This document shows, in pieces, positions 35,980 to 46,292 of a stretch of DNA of 64,000 bases. The DNA lies in assembly GCA_030145325.1 (NCBI GenBank), contig JAQYVW010000005.1:24749-88748 (forward strand). The letters are read 5' to 3'. Source of the stretch: Desulfurivibrionaceae bacterium. Lineage in GTDB: Bacteria; Desulfobacterota; Desulfobulbia; Desulfobulbales; UBA5123. The position numbers and the translations under genes are program-made. The notes below the pieces were generated by a model that did not search any database, was not told the DNA's origin, and saw nothing but the letters and a program-made list of their open reading frames with translations. The stretch's first letter is position 1; each line of letters opens with the position of its first letter.

Positions 35980-38472
35980 TTAGACGACGATATTGACCAG
36001 TTTGTTTTTGACCACAATAATTTTTCTTACCGTCTTTCCGTCCATGTATTTGGCCACCTTTTCATCGGTTACGGCCAATTTTTTTAAGGACTCGTCATCA
36101 ATGCCGGGGGCAATGGTCAAGCGGCCACGAACCTTGCCGTTGACCTGGACAACGATGGTTAACTCATCCTCCTTCACTGCCTCGGGGTCGAAATTAGGCC
36201 ACGGAGTGAGGTGGAGAGGTTGGCAATGGCCGGTCATCCCCCACAGTTCTTCGCAGAAATGGGGCACCATGGGAGCTAAGAGGAGAAGAACTGTTTCCAC
36301 GCCTTCTCGAACCGTTTCGCTCCCGGCGTGTTCTGTGGCCTCTGCGGCAGTGAGGCTGTGCAATGAGTTAACCAGTTCCATAACCCCGCTGATGGCGGTG
36401 TTGAAGTGAAAGTCGCTATCCAGGTCGTTGTTTACTCGTTGGATGGTTTGATGGGTTTTACGACGTAGGATGCGATCCTGTTTATTCGGTTTATCATTGG
36501 TCGCAAGTTTTTCGTCATTGAAGATCTGCTGGTTGCTGACCACAAAACGGTAGACTCGGTAAAGGAACCGAGAAGCGCCTTCCACGCCCTTGTCGCTCCA
36601 ATCCAAATCACGTTGCGGAGGGGCGGCAAAGAGGCTGAAAAGGCGGACGGTGTCAGCACCGTATTTTTCGATCAAGTCACTGGGATCAACCACATTGCCC
36701 TTGGATTTGCTCATCTTGGTGCCGTCTTTGATCACCATCCCCTGGGTGAGGAGGTTTTTAAAGGGCTCGTCGATGGTTAGATAACCCAAATCACGGAGAA
36801 CTTTAGTAAAGAAGCGCGCGTAAAGGAGGTGAAGGATGGCGTGTTCAACGCCACCAATATATTGATCCACCGGTAGCCATTGTTGGCTGGCATCCTTGTC
36901 CAATGGCCCGTGGGTGAAGTCCGGGCAGGTGTAACGGGCGAAATACCACGAAGATTCGACAAAGGTGTCCATGGTGTCGGTTTCTCGCCGTGCTTTACCC
37001 CCACAGCCTGGGCAGGTGGTTTTGTAAAAGCTTTCCAGGTTGGGTAGGGGGGATTTTCCTGATTGATTCAGTTGGATATCGGTGGGCAGCATTACCGGCA
37101 AATCTTTTGCCGGTACCGGTTGGACGCCGCACTTGTCGCAATGAATCATAGGGATCGGCGAGCCCCAGAATCGTTGTCGGGAAATGCCCCAATCCCTTAA
37201 CCGGAAAGTGGTGCGTTGTTTGCCAAACCCTTTCTCGGCAGCAAAAGCAGTGATTTTTTCCTTGGCGGCGATGGAGGCAAGACCATTAAATTCGCCGGAG
37301 TTAACCAACAAGCCGGGCTCGGTATATGCTTCATTGATGGTGGTACCGTCCAGTTCTTCATTTTCAGGTTGGATAACCACTGTGATGGGCAGATCATACT
37401 TTTTGGCGAACTCGAAGTCCCGCTGGTCGTGGGCGGGTACTGCCATCACCGCCCCGGTGCCGTATTCCATCAAGACAAAGTTGGCCACATAGATGGGTAC
37501 CTGCTTGCCGGTGTAGGGGTTGAGGCAGTAACTGCCGGTGAAAACCCCTTCCTTTTCCGGTTCTTCATCATGTTTCTGGCTTTGTTTGAGGAGTTTGGTG
37601 CGTTCAACAAACTTGGCCACCTGGTCTTCCTGGCCGGTTCCCTGGCACAAGGTTGCCACCAGGGGGTGTTCTGGAGCGATGGACATGAAAGAAACCCCGT
37701 AGATGGTGTCGGGGCGGGTGGTGAAAATGGTCAGCTTGTCCTGGTGACCGTCAATGGCAAAATCGATCTCGGCGCCGTGGCTGCGACCTATCCAGTTGCG
37801 TTGCATGGCCAAAACCTTTTCTGGCCAACCTTTGAGGGTGTCGCATTCGTCCAGCAGCTCGTTGGCGTAATCAGTGATCTTGAAGAACCAGCCGTTCATC
37901 TCCCTCGGGGTGACTGCGTTGTCGCAACGCCAGCATTCACCGTCTATTACCTGTTCGTTGGCCAGCACGGTCTGGCAGGTCTCACACCAGTTGACGATGG
38001 TCACCTTCTGATAGATCAATCCCTTCTCGTACATCTGGGTAAAGACCAACTGTTCCCAGCGGTAATACTTGTCGTTGCAGGTGGCGATTTCCCGATCCCA
38101 GTCGTAGCTAAAGCCCATGCGCTTGAGCTGAACTTTCATGTAGTCGATGTTGTCATAGGTCCATTGGGCGGGGTGGGTGTTGTTCTTGATCGCCGCATTT
38201 TCCGCTGGCAGACCAAAGGCGTCCCAGCCCATGGGGTGGAGGACGTTGTAGCCCTGCATCCGTTTGTACCGGGCGATAACATCGCCGATGGTGTAGTTGC
38301 GGACGTGGCCCATATGGATGCGGCCGGATGGGTAGGGGAACATTTCCAGCAAATAGTATTTGGGACGGTCCTGGTCCGGTGTGGCCTTGAAGGTTTTTTC
38401 AGCCTGCCATTTAGCTTGCCATTTTTCTTCAATGGCTTGGAAGTCGTAGGTGACGGTATCGTTGCTGCTCAT
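35980..38472 (-). CDS. leuS: leucyl-tRNA synthetase
   Basis: HMGH (HIGH-type) and KMSKS motifs. Length 830 aa. Confidence 0.95.
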   Translation of the reverse strand: MSSNDTVTYDFQAIEEKWQAKWQAEKTFKATPDQDRPKYYLLEMFPYPSGRIHMGHVRNYTIGDVIARYKRMQGYNVLHPMGWDAFGLPAENAAIKNNTHPAQWTYDNIDYMKVQLKRMGFSYDWDREIATCNDKYYRWEQLVFTQMYEKGLIYQKVTIVNWCETCQTVLANEQVIDGECWRCDNAVTPREMNGWFFKITDYANELLDECDTLKGWPEKVLAMQRNWIGRSHGAEIDFAIDGHQDKLTIFTTRPDTIYGVSFMSIAPEHPLVATLCQGTGQEDQVAKFVERTKLLKQSQKHDEEPEKEGVFTGSYCLNPYTGKQVPIYVANFVLMEYGTGAVMAVPAHDQRDFEFAKKYDLPITVVIQPENEELDGTTINEAYTEPGLLVNSGEFNGLASIAAKEKITAFAAEKGFGKQRTTFRLRDWGISRQRFWGSPIPMIHCDKCGVQPVPAKDLPVMLPTDIQLNQSGKSPLPNLESFYKTTCPGCGGKARRETDTMDTFVESSWYFARYTCPDFTHGPLDKDASQQWLPVDQYIGGVEHAILHLLYARFFTKVLRDLGYLTIDEPFKNLLTQGMVIKDGTKMSKSKGNVVDPSDLIEKYGADTVRLFSLFAAPPQRDLDWSDKGVEGASRFLYRVYRFVVSNQQIFNDEKLATNDKPNKQDRILRRKTHQTIQRVNNDLDSDFHFNTAISGVMELVNSLHSLTAAEATEHAGSETVREGVETVLLLLAPMVPHFCEELWGMTGHCQPLHLTPWPNFDPEAVKEDELTIVVQVNGKVRGRLTIAPGIDDESLKKLAVTDEKVAKYMDGKTVRKIIVVKNKLVNIVV

Positions 38473-38518
38473 GATCTATCCTTGGGCAAACCTTCCGAGT
38501 GGATGATTTGAATTACTG

Positions 38519-39883
38519 TTAATGGAGCTCGTCTTGTGGAGCGAGGGTTTCAAAGGTGGTGTAGCGGTCAATGAAAACAAGTTTAACTGTGCCGACAGGG
38601 CCGTTCCGCTGTTTGCCGATGATGATTTCGGCGGTGTTGCGGTCGGGGTTGTCTTCGGCTTTGTTGTAGACGGCGTCCCGGTAAATGAAGAGGATGACGT
38701 CGGCATCCTGCTCGATGGCGCCGGACTCACGTAGATCTGAGAGTTGCGGGCGCTTGTTGGGACGATTTTCCAAGCTACGGTTGAGCTGGGAAAGGGCGAT
38801 GACCGGGATTTTTAGTTCCTTGGCCATCGCCTTTAGGGAGCGGGAAATCTCACTGATCTCCTGTTCCCGGCGTTCGGTGCCACTGCGTCCCCGCATTAAC
38901 TGGAGATAATCGATCACCACTAGCCCCAAGTTATGTTCGGTCTTCAGGCGGCGCGCCTTGGCCCGCATTTCCAAAACCGAGATGGCTGGGGTGTCGTCGA
39001 TGAAGAGGGGCGCTTCAGCCAGCATGCCTGCCGAGCGGGTGAGTTTCGGCCAGTCCTGATCTTTGAGAAAGCCGGTGCGGACATTCTGCGAATCCACCCG
39101 GCCCACCGAACAGAGCATGCGCATGGCTAACTGTTCCTTACTCATCTCCAGACTGAAGACTGCCACCGGCACCTTGCGCAAGATGGCAGCGTTTTGGGCA
39201 ATGTTCATCGCCAGGGCGGTTTTACCCATACTGGGGCGGGCGGCCAGGATGATCAGATCCGAAGGCTGGAGACCGGCGGTCATCTTATCAAGTTGTTCAA
39301 AGTTGGTGGGTACACCGGTGATCAGTTCCTTGCGTTCAAAGAGTTTTTCCACCGCCTTGAATGCCATTCCGGCAAGCTCACTCATGGGAGTGAAGGATTG
39401 GTTACTCTTGGAACGGGATATCTCGAAGATATTTTGCTCAACCTCGTCCACCAGCGAATCAATGTCATCCTGCTCTTCGTAACAACGCCCGGCAATCTCA
39501 GAGGTGGTCTGGATCAGTCGCCGCAGGATGGATTTTTCCCGCACCATTTTGGCGTAATAGGCAATATTGGAGGCCACCGGCACGATGTCGGTGAGTTGAG
39601 CGAGATATGCGGGGCCGCCAGCTTGTTCGAGCTTGTTGGAGTCGTTAAGCAGGGAGGAAACGGTGATCAGATCCTGGGGGTGGTTCTTGTCAAAGAGATT
39701 GAGCATTGCCTCGTAAATGACCCGGTGGTCATTGCGATAGAAATCTTCGGGGGCAATGGATTCAATAACCTTGGCGAGGGCGTCTTGATGGAGCAGGATG
39801 GAGCCAAGAACGCACTGTTCCGCCTCAAGGTTTTGAGGGGGAATGCGCTGAGATGAAAGGGATTTCATTTCCCTCGGCTCCAT
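38519..39883 (-). CDS. dnaB: replicative DNA helicase
   Basis: PPQNLEAEQ..LG N-terminus, Walker A ARPSMGKTA, VVIDYLQLM. Confidence 0.95.
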   Translation of the reverse strand: MEPREMKSLSSQRIPPQNLEAEQCVLGSILLHQDALAKVIESIAPEDFYRNDHRVIYEAMLNLFDKNHPQDLITVSSLLNDSNKLEQAGGPAYLAQLTDIVPVASNIAYYAKMVREKSILRRLIQTTSEIAGRCYEEQDDIDSLVDEVEQNIFEISRSKSNQSFTPMSELAGMAFKAVEKLFERKELITGVPTNFEQLDKMTAGLQPSDLIILAARPSMGKTALAMNIAQNAAILRKVPVAVFSLEMSKEQLAMRMLCSVGRVDSQNVRTGFLKDQDWPKLTRSAGMLAEAPLFIDDTPAISVLEMRAKARRLKTEHNLGLVVIDYLQLMRGRSGTERREQEISEISRSLKAMAKELKIPVIALSQLNRSLENRPNKRPQLSDLRESGAIEQDADVILFIYRDAVYNKAEDNPDRNTAEIIIGKQRNGPVGTVKLVFIDRYTTFETLAPQDELH

Positions 39884-39973
39884 GGGCGAATACCGTTATG
39901 CGAAAGGAGTGAGGTCAGGGGCGACAGAATAAATGTATCTGTCGCCCCTTGATGATCTAGCCGGAAACCGTGT

Positions 39974-40435
39974 TTAGGCGGTTGCAGCAGCCGCTTCGGC
40001 AACAATCTCAATATTGAGGTCGACGCTCATCTGGTAACCGACTTTGACCTTGGCGCTAGTGACGCCGATGGTTTTAATCGGTTGATCCATCATGATTTTT
40101 TTCTTGTCGATTTCAATGCCGAGATCCGCAAGCTTGGCTGCAATGTCAGCATTGGTAACGGATCCATACAAGCGACCGTCCTCACCAACCCGTTGCTCGA
40201 TAACTACCGAAGCACCAGCGATTTTTTTACTCAAAGCCTCGGCAGTGGCTGTTTGCTGCTGCTTACGGGCCTCGATGACAGCTTTGTTCTGCTCAAGGAT
40301 CGCCATGTTGCTCTTGTTGGCGGCAACGGCTTTTCCTTGTGGAAGCAGATAGTTACGTCCATACCCGGACCTGACGTTGACGATGCTGCCTTCCTCGCCG
40401 AGGGTATCGATGGTTTCTTTAAGAATGAGCTCCAT
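39974..40435 (-). CDS. rplI: 50S ribosomal protein L9
   Basis: MELILKE....LGEEG..V.V..GY.RNYL.PQGKA. Confidence 0.92.
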   Translation of the reverse strand: MELILKETIDTLGEEGSIVNVRSGYGRNYLLPQGKAVAANKSNMAILEQNKAVIEARKQQQTATAEALSKKIAGASVVIEQRVGEDGRLYGSVTNADIAAKLADLGIEIDKKKIMMDQPIKTIGVTSAKVKVGYQMSVDLNIEIVAEAAAATA

Positions 40436-40492
40436 TGTTTCGTGCCTCCAATATGTAATCTAAACGATGTCGGAATCAATGTTCCTGATTAA

Positions 40493-41482
40493 TTATTCAC
40501 TAGCAGGGTCTTTATCAGGCTTCGGGGTACCGAAAGCCACCCATATATCGGCAATGCCGAGAGCAGCCAGAGCCACAAAACCTGCACCTTGCAGAATGGC
40601 GATGGCAAAAAGAAAAGCCCGCATTGGTTTGGGAACTGACCATTTTGCAAACAGCTTGGCAAGAACGGCAATCCCTTGAAAAAAATACAGCGCGCCAACC
40701 GCAAGTAAAATGTTGATGCCGATGACTTTGGCACCCCCAATGGGCATAACTGCCGCGATGCCACTGCCGATAACAATCCAGATAAGTTGTTCTGGAAATC
40801 GCCAATCACTGAATGGCGGCCATGTTGATTGCGACGGCAGTTTTCGGTTGATCAGCCACTGCCCTAGCAACATATTAAGCCAGACCGTGCTCAAGGCGGT
40901 TATTGCCAACAAGCCAGGAGCAATTTGCCGCAGTAATTCTCGCAGCATCTGGATGGTATTGGTTATGTTTTCCTTGTCAGTCAGCGATAGACTCGCGTCT
41001 GTCTGATATAAATCTCCGGCTGCGGTCAAACTCGTATCCATGCTTGTCAGCATTTCTTGATACGGATTGGTGTGAGTCAGTGATCCGTATATCGTCCAGA
41101 AAGCGACCCAAACCAACAGCAGAATACCAACTGCCCTTAATCCTGCTTTGGGCGGTGATTCACCGTCCAAGATTGCTTTGCCGATGATTATGCCCACCGG
41201 CAACATGGTGCAGGTGAAAACAAAAGCGGCAAAGGATCCGAAGATCGAAGCTGCCAGCCCTGCCATCAGCACTGCATTGATTAGCAGGTTCTTGGCCTTA
41301 ATGGTGCCAAGACTGACCAGATAGTAACAAATTGGGATGGGAACAAATCCCTGTGTCCAACCAAGCTGTTCCGGCCAAATGGATGGCAAAACCAAAAGAA
41401 TTGCAGTGGTGACAACGGCCTGCCATCCTTCGGGGAGAACGACCCCTGTGTCCTGTCGGTCTCCCATGGATTCCTTTTGCAA
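40493..41482 (-). CDS. DUF2232/YybS-like integral membrane protein
   Basis: Multi-TM protein located between rpsR and rplI, the conserved position of YybS-type proteins. Confidence 0.6.
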   Translation of the reverse strand: MQKESMGDRQDTGVVLPEGWQAVVTTAILLVLPSIWPEQLGWTQGFVPIPICYYLVSLGTIKAKNLLINAVLMAGLAASIFGSFAAFVFTCTMLPVGIIIGKAILDGESPPKAGLRAVGILLLVWVAFWTIYGSLTHTNPYQEMLTSMDTSLTAAGDLYQTDASLSLTDKENITNTIQMLRELLRQIAPGLLAITALSTVWLNMLLGQWLINRKLPSQSTWPPFSDWRFPEQLIWIVIGSGIAAVMPIGGAKVIGINILLAVGALYFFQGIAVLAKLFAKWSVPKPMRAFLFAIAILQGAGFVALAALGIADIWVAFGTPKPDKDPASE

Positions 41483-41494
41483 CTTCGTGGTTCT

Positions 41495-41734
41495 TTACGG
41501 TTGCATGTTGCCGCTAAAAGGCATCAAGGCAATCTGGCGAGCACGTTTAATTGCTTCAGTCATCTGCCGTTGGTGTTTAGCGCAGTTTCCGTAGATGCGG
41601 CGGGGAATAATCTTGCCACGTTCGGTGAGGAAATTACGAAGGTTTTTGACTTCCTTGTAATCAATTACCAAACTTTTGTCGGCACAGAAACGGCATACCT
41701 TGCGGCGGGTAAAAATCTTTTTTCTGGGGGGCAT
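41495..41734 (-). CDS. rpsR: 30S ribosomal protein S18
   Basis: RRKVCRFC...IDYK....L..F....GKI.PRR..G.CAKHQR. Confidence 0.92.
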   Translation of the reverse strand: MPPRKKIFTRRKVCRFCADKSLVIDYKEVKNLRNFLTERGKIIPRRIYGNCAKHQRQMTEAIKRARQIALMPFSGNMQP

Positions 41735-41795
41735 GATGCTGTTCTCCCTATCGTAATAGAATAACTTCTATTCGTTATATTTATAGCAATATTTT

Positions 41796-42179
41796 TTAGG
41801 CGTCAGCCTCGGCGCTTGCTTCAGTGGTAGCAGCCTCAGTTTCCGTCTCAGCCTCGGCTTCTTCTTCAACCTTGGGAGCGTCGGCAACAAAAACATCCTG
41901 GGTTTTAATGGTCATGTATTTAAGGATGCGATCATCGATTTTGAAAATCCGCTCAGCTTCAGCAACAGCTTCCGGTTTGCCTGCATATTCAGCAAATACA
42001 TAGAAACCCTGTATTTCCTTCTTAATAGGGTAGGCAAGTTTTTTCAGGCCCCATTGGTCAAGGTTGACCATGGATCCATCAAACTGCTCGATGATGCCGG
42101 TGGTTTTGTCGATGATGGCGGTGATGTCTTCTTCGCCAACACTTGGTCTGATGATGAATATGGTCTCGTAACGGCGCAT
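41796..42179 (-). CDS. rpsF: 30S ribosomal protein S6
   Basis: MRRYETIFIIRP... with an acidic C-terminal tail. Start placed at the internal Met after the GGAGGA RBS. Confidence 0.9.
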   Translation of the reverse strand: MRRYETIFIIRPSVGEEDITAIIDKTTGIIEQFDGSMVNLDQWGLKKLAYPIKKEIQGFYVFAEYAGKPEAVAEAERIFKIDDRILKYMTIKTQDVFVADAPKVEEEAEAETETEAATTEASAEADA

Positions 42180-42326
42180 GTGTTCCTCCTTATGGACTTT
42201 TAACGGCCCTCGTTTCCTTTTTCTCGCGCGAGAGAGCAAGGAGGGTGGTCGGATCGGTACCGCAGTAAAACGGTCCGTCCAAAAAATAAAAGAGACTAAC
42301 TAACATGGTGGGTGTTTTTATGTCAA

Positions 42327-43187
42327 TTACTTTTTACCTGTTTGGGGATGGTTTAAAGATGCCCCAACCGGTATTGGTAGGGGGGATTGGGATTTTGTCT
42401 GGTTTGCTGCAATGGTAGCCTTGCTTTGCCGCCAGAGGTTGAGCATGCTCACAAAGTCAAGATCTGCAAAGTTTTCTTGTGATTGTTGCAATATTTTTTC
42501 CATTTCCGTGAAACGAGCACTGAATTTACTGATGGAGGCGTGTAGGGCATCCTCGCTGTTGGTATTAGTCAAGCGGCCCAGGTTGGTGATGATGAAAAGG
42601 AGGTCTCCTATTTCTTCGACAACTCCATCCTTATCATTTTCTTTGATGGCTTGCCTACATTCGGCAATCTCTTCCTCTATCTTGGTAAAGACGCTCTCTA
42701 TATCCGGCCATTCGAACCCTTTTTGGGCTGCGCTTTCTGATACCCTTTGGGCGCGTTTGAGAGCAGGCAGGCTTGGCGGCGGTATTGCCAGCGAATTGTC
42801 CTGTTTTTTCTCTTTGCCTTCATTCTCACGGGCCTTGATATCGTTCCATTGCCGGCGTAGTGCTTCTTCCGATTCGATTTTGCTATCACCGAAAACATGG
42901 GGATGGCGGCGGATCATTTTTGCAATAATCGTATCCAGAACTTCTTCCATGCTGAAGTGGCCAGCTTCACTGTAAAGCCCATTCAAGAAAGCAATTTGAA
43001 AGAGCATGTCTCCCAATTCTTCACGGATGTGATCCGGGTCGTCAAGGTCAATGGCCTCGGCAAGTTCGTGTGCTTCTTCAATTAGATAAGGTTTGAATGA
43101 TTGGGGAGTTTGTTTCTGATCCCAAGGGCAGCCGTTTGGGGCTCGAAGGCGGGTTACAAGTTCTAGGAGATCGATAAACTTTTGCAT
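42327..43187 (-). CDS. mazG: nucleoside triphosphate pyrophosphohydrolase MazG
   Basis: LR.P.GCPWD..QT..S...YL.EE..E..EAI and EELGD.LFQ, with a second MazG repeat EEIGDLLF. Confidence 0.88.
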   Translation of the reverse strand: MQKFIDLLELVTRLRAPNGCPWDQKQTPQSFKPYLIEEAHELAEAIDLDDPDHIREELGDMLFQIAFLNGLYSEAGHFSMEEVLDTIIAKMIRRHPHVFGDSKIESEEALRRQWNDIKARENEGKEKKQDNSLAIPPPSLPALKRAQRVSESAAQKGFEWPDIESVFTKIEEEIAECRQAIKENDKDGVVEEIGDLLFIITNLGRLTNTNSEDALHASISKFSARFTEMEKILQQSQENFADLDFVSMLNLWRQSKATIAANQTKSQSPLPIPVGASLNHPQTGKK

Positions 43188-43619
43188 GTTCTTGTCGTAT
43201 CCAAATGAGATTTATGGGGGGGCTTGGCCTTAATGTTTTGCCTTGAGTCTGGATGGTGGAGCTTACAGTTTGAATTTCTGATTATTCTAACAATTTTTTT
43301 GTGGAAGGTAATCCCTTGTGATTAAAGCAAAAATCGCTTGTTAGGCGTAAGGGACTACCCCTATTGACAATAAAATGTTACAACTAAACTTGCGGAACAA
43401 AAGATTATTTTGTATATATAATCATGGCCGGTGAGTGATGGCCCTTATCGTTGATGATGCCAATTTAGAAGGTACTTGTCGTTTTAGGGTCATTTTTTTT
43501 GGCGCAGCGACCTAACTCTCTTTAAGCGTATTCTAAACTCTTGATCTGTAAGAAGAAAAATATTTATTAACCAATTATTTTATAACCTATTATTAGTAAT
43601 ACTTTAACGGAGAATGACC

Positions 43620-44051
43620 ATGAGTAAAAAGATTTTATTGGAAAAGCACAAGGATGTCGCCCGCATTGATCAAACTGAAAAGCGTACCCATGGTTGGTAT
43701 GTACGGGTCAGGTTTCTTGGAAAGACCCATTCTAAATTCTTTTCGGACGGTAAGTGTGGGGGCCGGTATTCAAGTCTCTTGGCGGCTTTGGCTTGGCGTG
43801 ATGCCACCGAGAAGAAGCTCGGTAAGGTGCGAACTGACAAGCATATCGTTACGGTTAGTAACACCACCACCGGGGTTGTTGGGGTGCGGCTCAATGATAA
43901 GTTGAATCGTTACGAAGTCAGTTGGGTCAACGGTGTCGGAAAACAGGGTAAAACCTCGGTATCGATTAACAGACACGGCAAGGATATCGCCTTCTCAAAG
44001 GCGTGTGAGATTCGCCGCAAGAAAGAGGCTGAGCGGTTGCAGTCTTCATAG
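43620..44051 (+). CDS. AP2/ERF-like DNA-binding domain protein (two AP2-like repeats)
   Basis: THGWYVRVRFLGK.HSKFFSD...GG...A...A..WRD and a second GVVGV....N.YEVSW.....GKTSVSI..HG...AF..A. The locus is AT-rich. Confidence 0.5.
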   Translation: MSKKILLEKHKDVARIDQTEKRTHGWYVRVRFLGKTHSKFFSDGKCGGRYSSLLAALAWRDATEKKLGKVRTDKHIVTVSNTTTGVVGVRLNDKLNRYEVSWVNGVGKQGKTSVSINRHGKDIAFSKACEIRRKKEAERLQSS

Positions 44052-44064
44052 ATTTATCGTTTCG

Positions 44065-44104
44065 GCCCTGTCGGAGGTTCTTCCTTCGGCAGGGCTTTTT
44101 TTTT
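44065..44104 (+). terminator. intrinsic terminator
   Basis: GCCCTG...CAGGGC stem with an inner GGAGG/CCTTC pairing, followed by T9. Confidence 0.7.
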
Positions 44105-44496
44105 GCCCCCACCTTAGTACCTTCTTATTCTTCTCCTGTTGCTCATATTTGAAAATATTTGTTTGGTCACCCTAGGGCATGAAGCTAATAACCGGTCCAT
44201 TGCCCTAAGCTAGGGCTTGTCCTGTGTGGATTGCTTTGATTGTAGGGAATCTTGAAAAATTGTCCTTCGATGCTCATCAAGGGAGTTGTCTCGGCTGCTC
44301 TCTGTGTTACGCTCAATGATTTTATCCTCGGAGGTAAGCGAAACAAAGTTGAGACTCCGATATTAAATATATGCACCCCAAGGGCACTTCCTACGGGGCG
44401 TCTGCGGTACAATTTTTTGTGTGCCTCTGGATTACGATATATCGCGTACCTGGTCTTGAACGAAATCATACCCCCTCAAGACATCCTGTTGGCAAC

Positions 44497-44535
44497 AAAA
44501 AAGGCAGTTGATCATCATGATCAACTGCCTTTTTT
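44497..44535. terminator. bidirectional intrinsic terminator (serves glnS on the minus strand)
   Basis: 12-bp perfect stem GGCAGTTGATCA/TGATCAACTGCC flanked by A6 and T6. Confidence 0.75.
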
Positions 44536-44581
44536 GCTCCTGCGCCATCATCTTAGGTACGAGCAGTGGTTACCGATGCCG

Positions 44582-46270
44582 TTATTTTCCTTTCATCTTG
44601 GCCCAGGTATCGCGGAGGGTGACGGTGCGGTTGAATACCAGTTGTTCGGGGCGTGAGTCGACATTATCCAAGCAAAAGTAGCCCATGCGCTCGAACTGGT
44701 AGTTGTCGCCAACCTGAGCCTGAGCGAGGCTTGGCTCCAGCTTGCAGTTGCTGAGCACGGTTAGTGACTGAGGGTTAATGAGTTCCTTAAAGTCTTGTTC
44801 CTTGTCTCCGGCCGGATTTTCCACCGTGAATAAGCGATCGTAGAGGCGCACTTCTGCGTCCACCGCGTGGGAGGCTGATACCCAGTGGATGGTGCCCTTT
44901 ACCTTGCGGCCATCCGGGGCTGAGCCGCCCCGGGTTTCCGGGTCGTAGGTGCAGCGTAGCTCCACCACCTCGCCGTTGGCGTCCTTGATTGCTTCCCGGC
45001 AGGTGATGAGGTAGGCGAAACGGAACCGTACCTCGCGGCCTTCGCTCATTCGGAAGAACTTCTTCGGCGCATCCTCCATGTAGTCGTCCCGCTCGATGTA
45101 CAACTCCCGTGCAAAAGGAACCTTGCGGGTGCCAATCTCGGGGTTGCCGGGGTGGTTGAGGGCGTCGAACTCCTCGGTCTGGTCTTCCGGGTAGTTTTCG
45201 ATTACCACTTTCAGGGGGCGTAAGACGCCCAAGGCGCGGGGGGCCAATTCGTTCAAATCCTCGCGGATGCTGAACTCCAGCAGGGCGGTGTCTACCATGC
45301 TGTCGCGTTTTGCCACCCCTATTCGCTCGCAAAAGGTGCGGATAGCCTTGGCCGTATAGCCGCGCCGCCTGAACCCTGATATGGTAGGCATTCGGGGATC
45401 ATCCCAGCTGGAGACATGACCATCGTTGACCAGTTGTAGGAGTTTACGTTTGCTCATCACCGTGTAAGTGAGGTTGAGGCGGGCGAACTCGATCTGCTGG
45501 GGATGGCAACTGGTGGCCAGGGTCTCGAGAATCCAGTCGTACAAGGGACGGTGATCCTCGAATTCCAGGGTGCAGATGGAGTGGGTGATGGACTCCATGG
45601 CGTCCGATAGGCTATGGGCGAAATCGTACATGGGGTAGATGCACCATTTGTCACCGGTGCGGTGATGGGTGGCACGGAGAACCCGGTAGATGATGGGGTC
45701 GCGCATGTTTATATTGCCTGAGGTCATGTCGATCTTGGCGCGCAGGACGCAAGCTCCGTCAGCAAATTCGCCGTCGCGCATCCGTTGAAAAATATCGAGA
45801 TTTTCTTCTACTGGTCGATTGCGCTGGGGGCTTTCCCGGCCCGGTTCGGTGAGGGTGCCGCGATACTCGCGCATCTCTTCAGGGGTCAGGTCGCAGACGT
45901 AGGCCTTGCCGAGTTTTATTAAGGAAACGGCGGCATCATAGATTTTTTCGAAATAGTCGGAAGTATAATAGAGGTTGGCACCCCAGTCGAAGCCCAACCA
46001 GCGGACATCGGTCATGATGGAGTCAACGTAGGCAACCTCCTCTTTGCTGGGGTTGGTGTCATCGAAACGGAGGTGGCAACGGCCTTCATAGTCTGCGGCT
46101 AGTCCAAAGTTGAGGCAGATGGACTTGGCGTGACCGATATGGAGAAAGCCGTTGGGCTCCGGGGGGAAGCGGGTCACTACCTGGCCGTTGTTTTTGCCGG
46201 TTTTGAGATCTTCGTCAATGATGTTGCGGATGAAGTTTGACGGCGTGGTACTTTCCGAGTCGGTGGTCAT
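44582..46270 (-). CDS. glnS: glutaminyl-tRNA synthetase
   Basis: [18 protein letters not shown] and VMSKRKL motifs. Length 562 aa. Confidence 0.95.
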   Translation of the reverse strand: MTTDSESTTPSNFIRNIIDEDLKTGKNNGQVVTRFPPEPNGFLHIGHAKSICLNFGLAADYEGRCHLRFDDTNPSKEEVAYVDSIMTDVRWLGFDWGANLYYTSDYFEKIYDAAVSLIKLGKAYVCDLTPEEMREYRGTLTEPGRESPQRNRPVEENLDIFQRMRDGEFADGACVLRAKIDMTSGNINMRDPIIYRVLRATHHRTGDKWCIYPMYDFAHSLSDAMESITHSICTLEFEDHRPLYDWILETLATSCHPQQIEFARLNLTYTVMSKRKLLQLVNDGHVSSWDDPRMPTISGFRRRGYTAKAIRTFCERIGVAKRDSMVDTALLEFSIREDLNELAPRALGVLRPLKVVIENYPEDQTEEFDALNHPGNPEIGTRKVPFARELYIERDDYMEDAPKKFFRMSEGREVRFRFAYLITCREAIKDANGEVVELRCTYDPETRGGSAPDGRKVKGTIHWVSASHAVDAEVRLYDRLFTVENPAGDKEQDFKELINPQSLTVLSNCKLEPSLAQAQVGDNYQFERMGYFCLDNVDSRPEQLVFNRTVTLRDTWAKMKGK

Positions 46271-46292
46271 GACTTACTTCCCTTGAAAAAGA

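Noticed and set aside
37216-38511. 431-aa ORF antisense to leuS
   Set aside because: It is a shadow ORF of a GC-rich, strongly identified gene. Its Gly/Val/Ala-rich product has no motifs.
44185-44656. 94-aa (-) and 134-aa (+) ORFs between the AP2-like gene and glnS
   Set aside because: They overlap each other. The plus-strand ORF runs through the bidirectional terminator into glnS antisense. Neither has an RBS.
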